A DNA stretch of 64,000 nucleotides from contig CAVQKE010000004.1 in assembly GCA_963713045.1 (NCBI GenBank), positions 352,001-416,000 of the forward strand, written 5' to 3'. Below the pieces are notes generated by a model, which did not search any database, had not been told where the DNA came from, and was given only the letters and a program-made list of their open reading frames with translations. The stretch comes from an uncultured delta proteobacterium (lineage in GTDB: Bacteria > Myxococcota > Myxococcia > Myxococcales > Myxococcaceae). Below, piece by piece: positions 61,284 to 64,000 of the stretch (position 1 is its first letter; the number at the start of each line of letters is the position of its first letter). The translations under genes and the position numbers were made by a program.

Positions 61284-63746
61284 CTAGGCCCTGACTTCCG
61301 GCGCCGGCGGGACGTCCGCTTTGCCGAGGTCGCCGGGGGCCGGCTGGAAGGGGTTGCTTTCCAGGGCGTTGGCCAACACCTCGTCCATGCGGCTGACGAA
61401 GATGAATTCAATCTCCTTCTTCGCCTGTTCCGGGACGTCAACCAGGTCCTTGCGAACGCGCTCCGGGAGAATCACGCGCTTGATGCCCGCCCGGTGCGCC
61501 GCCAGCACCTTTTCCTTGATGCCGCCCACCGGGAGGACCAGACCGCGCAGCGTGGCCTCGCCCGTCATGGCGGTGTCGCCACGGACGCGGATGCCGGTCA
61601 ATAGCGAAGTCAATGCGGTGAGGATGGTGACGCCGGCTGAGGGGCCGTCTTTGGGGATGGCGCCTGCCGGGAAGTGCAGGTGGATGTCCATCTTCTCCAG
61701 GAAGTTGGGATTGATGCCCAACACGTCGGCCTTGCTGCGCAGGTAGCTGAGCGCCGCTTGCGCCGACTCCTTCATGACGTCGCCCAGCTGTCCGGTGAGC
61801 GTCATGCCGCCCTTGCCGGCCATCTTCGTCGCCTCGATGAAGAGCAAGTCGCCGCCCACCGCCGTCCAGGCGAGGCCGGTGGCCACGCCCGGCACTTCGG
61901 TGCGTTCGGCCACTTCGGAATAGAAGGACTCAGGCCCGAGAATCTCCTTCACCCGCTCCGGCGTAATGACTTGCTTGGCGTCCTTTCCGCCGGCCACGTC
62001 CACCGCCACCGCGCGGCAGCAGTCGGCGATGCGCCGCTCGAGGCTGCGCACCCCGGCCTCCCGGGTGTAGCTGGTGATGAGGGTGAGCAGCGCCTCGTCG
62101 GTGATTTCAATGTGCGCTGGCGACAGGCCATGTTCCTTGAGTTGCTTGGGAACCAGGTGCAGCCGCGCAATCTGCTGCTTTTCCTCGAAGGTGTACCCGG
62201 CCAACTCGATGATCTCCATCCGGTCGCGCAGCGGGCCGGGGATGGGGTCGAGCTGGTTGGCGGTGGCGATGAAGAGCACCCGGCTCAAGTCAAAAGGCAC
62301 ATCCAGGTAGTGGTCGCTGAAGCTGTTGTTCTGCTCCGGGTCGAGCACCTCCAGCAGCGCCGCGGAGGGGTCCCCGCGGAAGTCGGCCCCCAGCTTGTCG
62401 ATTTCGTCGAGCATCATCACCGGGTTCTTGGTGCCGGCCTTCTTCATGCTCTGGATGAAGCGGCCGGGGAGGGCGCCGACGTAGGTGCGCCGGTGCCCGC
62501 GAATCTCCGCCTCGTCGCGAACGCCGCCCAGCGATAGCCGGACGAACTTCCGACCCACCGAACGGGCGATGGACTGGCCGAGCGACGTCTTGCCGACGCC
62601 AGGCGGCCCCACCAGGCACAGAATCGGCCCCTTCATGTCGTTCTTCAGCTTGCGGACGGCGAGGTACTCCAGAATGCGCTTCTTCACTTTCTGGATGCCG
62701 TAGTGGTCGGCATCCAGGGTGGAGCGGGCATTCTCGATGTCGAGGTTGTCGTCGCTCTGCTTGCTCCAGGGCAAGTCGGCAATCCAGTCGAGGTAGGTGC
62801 GAGCGACGGTGTACTCGCTCGACGCCGCCGGGATGGTCTTCAGGCGGTTGAGCTCCTTGGTCGCCACCTTCTCCACTTCGGGGGGCAGCCCGGCCTTCTT
62901 CAGGCGCTCCTGAAGTTCGTCCAGCTCCTCCTCCTCCTCGCCCATCTCTCCCAGCTCCTCCTTGATGGCCTTGAGCTGTTGGCGCAAGTAGTACTCGCGC
63001 TGGGTCTTCGACATCTCGCCCTTCACGGCGGAGTCGATTTTGTTGGAGAGCTTGAGAATCTCTCGCTTCCGGTTGAGCACCTCGAGGACCAGCTTCATCC
63101 GTGCCTTGAGGTCCACCGTTTCGAGGACTGCCTGCTTTTCCTCGATGGGGACGTCGACGTTGGCGGCGATGAGGTCGGCCAAATGCCCCGGGTGGTTGAT
63201 GGATTCGACCAATTCGGTTGCGGCGGCGGGAAGCTCGGGCATCAACTCGATGACTTCGCGGGCCAGCTTCTTGAGGTTGATGCCGAGCGCCTCCACTTCG
63301 ACGTTTTCGGCAGCGGTCTTGTCTTCGACGGCCTCCACCCGGGCCTTGAGGTAGGGCGACTCCTGCACCAACTCCAGCACCCGGAAGCGGGCCAGCCCTT
63401 GGACCACCAGCGAGTAGTTGTCCTCGCCCATCTTCAGCAGCTTGACGATGCGGGCCACGGTCCCCATGGCGTAGAGGTCATTGGAGCCCGGGTCCTCCTC
63501 TTCCGCTCGGCGCTGGGTGACGACGCCGATGACTTGGTCATCGCGCACCGCGTCCTTGATGAGGGCGATGGTCTTCTGACGGCCGACCGCGAGGGGAAGC
63601 ACGCCCCCGGGGAAGAAGACCGAGTTGCGCAAGGGGAGAATGGGTAGCACGGCCGGGATGTCCTCCTTGTTGATGCTGCCCGGAGGAACCATCGGTGCGG
63701 CCATCGCAGTGGCGGACTGGCCACCCTTCTTCTTTTCTTCCGACAT
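61284..63746 (-). CDS. lon: ATP-dependent Lon protease (LonD/BsgA-like)
   Basis: [45 protein letters not shown]...INKEDIP N-terminus resembles myxobacterial LonD as I recall it. Confidence 0.97.
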   Translation of the reverse strand: MSEEKKKGGQSATAMAAPMVPPGSINKEDIPAVLPILPLRNSVFFPGGVLPLAVGRQKTIALIKDAVRDDQVIGVVTQRRAEEEDPGSNDLYAMGTVARIVKLLKMGEDNYSLVVQGLARFRVLELVQESPYLKARVEAVEDKTAAENVEVEALGINLKKLAREVIELMPELPAAATELVESINHPGHLADLIAANVDVPIEEKQAVLETVDLKARMKLVLEVLNRKREILKLSNKIDSAVKGEMSKTQREYYLRQQLKAIKEELGEMGEEEEELDELQERLKKAGLPPEVEKVATKELNRLKTIPAASSEYTVARTYLDWIADLPWSKQSDDNLDIENARSTLDADHYGIQKVKKRILEYLAVRKLKNDMKGPILCLVGPPGVGKTSLGQSIARSVGRKFVRLSLGGVRDEAEIRGHRRTYVGALPGRFIQSMKKAGTKNPVMMLDEIDKLGADFRGDPSAALLEVLDPEQNNSFSDHYLDVPFDLSRVLFIATANQLDPIPGPLRDRMEIIELAGYTFEEKQQIARLHLVPKQLKEHGLSPAHIEITDEALLTLITSYTREAGVRSLERRIADCCRAVAVDVAGGKDAKQVITPERVKEILGPESFYSEVAERTEVPGVATGLAWTAVGGDLLFIEATKMAGKGGMTLTGQLGDVMKESAQAALSYLRSKADVLGINPNFLEKMDIHLHFPAGAIPKDGPSAGVTILTALTSLLTGIRVRGDTAMTGEATLRGLVLPVGGIKEKVLAAHRAGIKRVILPERVRKDLVDVPEQAKKEIEFIFVSRMDEVLANALESNPFQPAPGDLGKADVPPAPEVRA

Positions 63747-63885
63747 ATGAAATTTCGACTCCGTTCTAGAAACGCAAAGTACCAACGACGCCTTGACGTT
63801 CTGGTACCGGACAGGGTGCACGCTAGCAACGAAAAGTCCGGGGGAGAAACGCCCGGGGGAAGGCACCCGTCACCCGTCACTCAAC

Positions 63886-63913
63886 TGACTAAGACAGCTT
63901 GGGCCCGCGTCAA
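63886..63913 (-). promoter_or_regulatory. possible promoter for lon
   Basis: On the minus strand TTGACG-16 nt-TAGTCA, ~140 nt upstream of the start. Confidence 0.35.
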
Positions 63914-64000
63914 GGGACTGTCCGGGGCCACAAGGGCCAAGTCGCGAGGGCACCGCCGTCTGCGGTGAGGAAGGGGCCTTTGCAGTTGGTGTGGGTGCGG

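Noticed and set aside
63838..63861. Direct repeat CCGGGGGA x2 upstream of lon
   Set aside because: Short G/C-rich repeat expected by chance

Overview
High-GC, myxobacterial-type (Myxococcota) chromosomal window. The assignment rests on a LonD/BsgA-like Lon N-terminus, an FHA-GAF-sigma54 activator next to a Ser/Thr kinase, and extended ribosomal proteins. The core is the str/S10/spc/alpha ribosomal supercluster (rpsL to rplQ, 17.2-37.9 kb), flanked by housekeeping genes (argS, plsB-like, dnaJ-like, rimI, rlmI-like, psuG, mutL, lon) and envelope/lipoprotein genes. I recognised no rRNA, tRNA, CRISPR array or transposase. The best finding is a TlpA/thioredoxin-fold lipoprotein at 8345-8869 that the ORF track splits in two. 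An in-frame TGA falls exactly on the first Cys of the CxxC motif (U-K-V-C) and is followed 10 nt later by a perfect hairpin, so this is a candidate exported selenoprotein with a bacterial SECIS. Other points: rplC is absent from the S10 operon; an antisense SRPBCC gene separates tuf from rpsJ; D-[AG]-G tripeptides are enriched in the secreted lipoproteins; a small 4-Cys protein has a strong promoter and a structured leader; MutL has an altered endonuclease motif. Several frameshifts, including in the essential rpsM, rpsK and rpsD, are most likely sequencing or assembly indels. All calls come from reading the sequence by eye; no database search was run.
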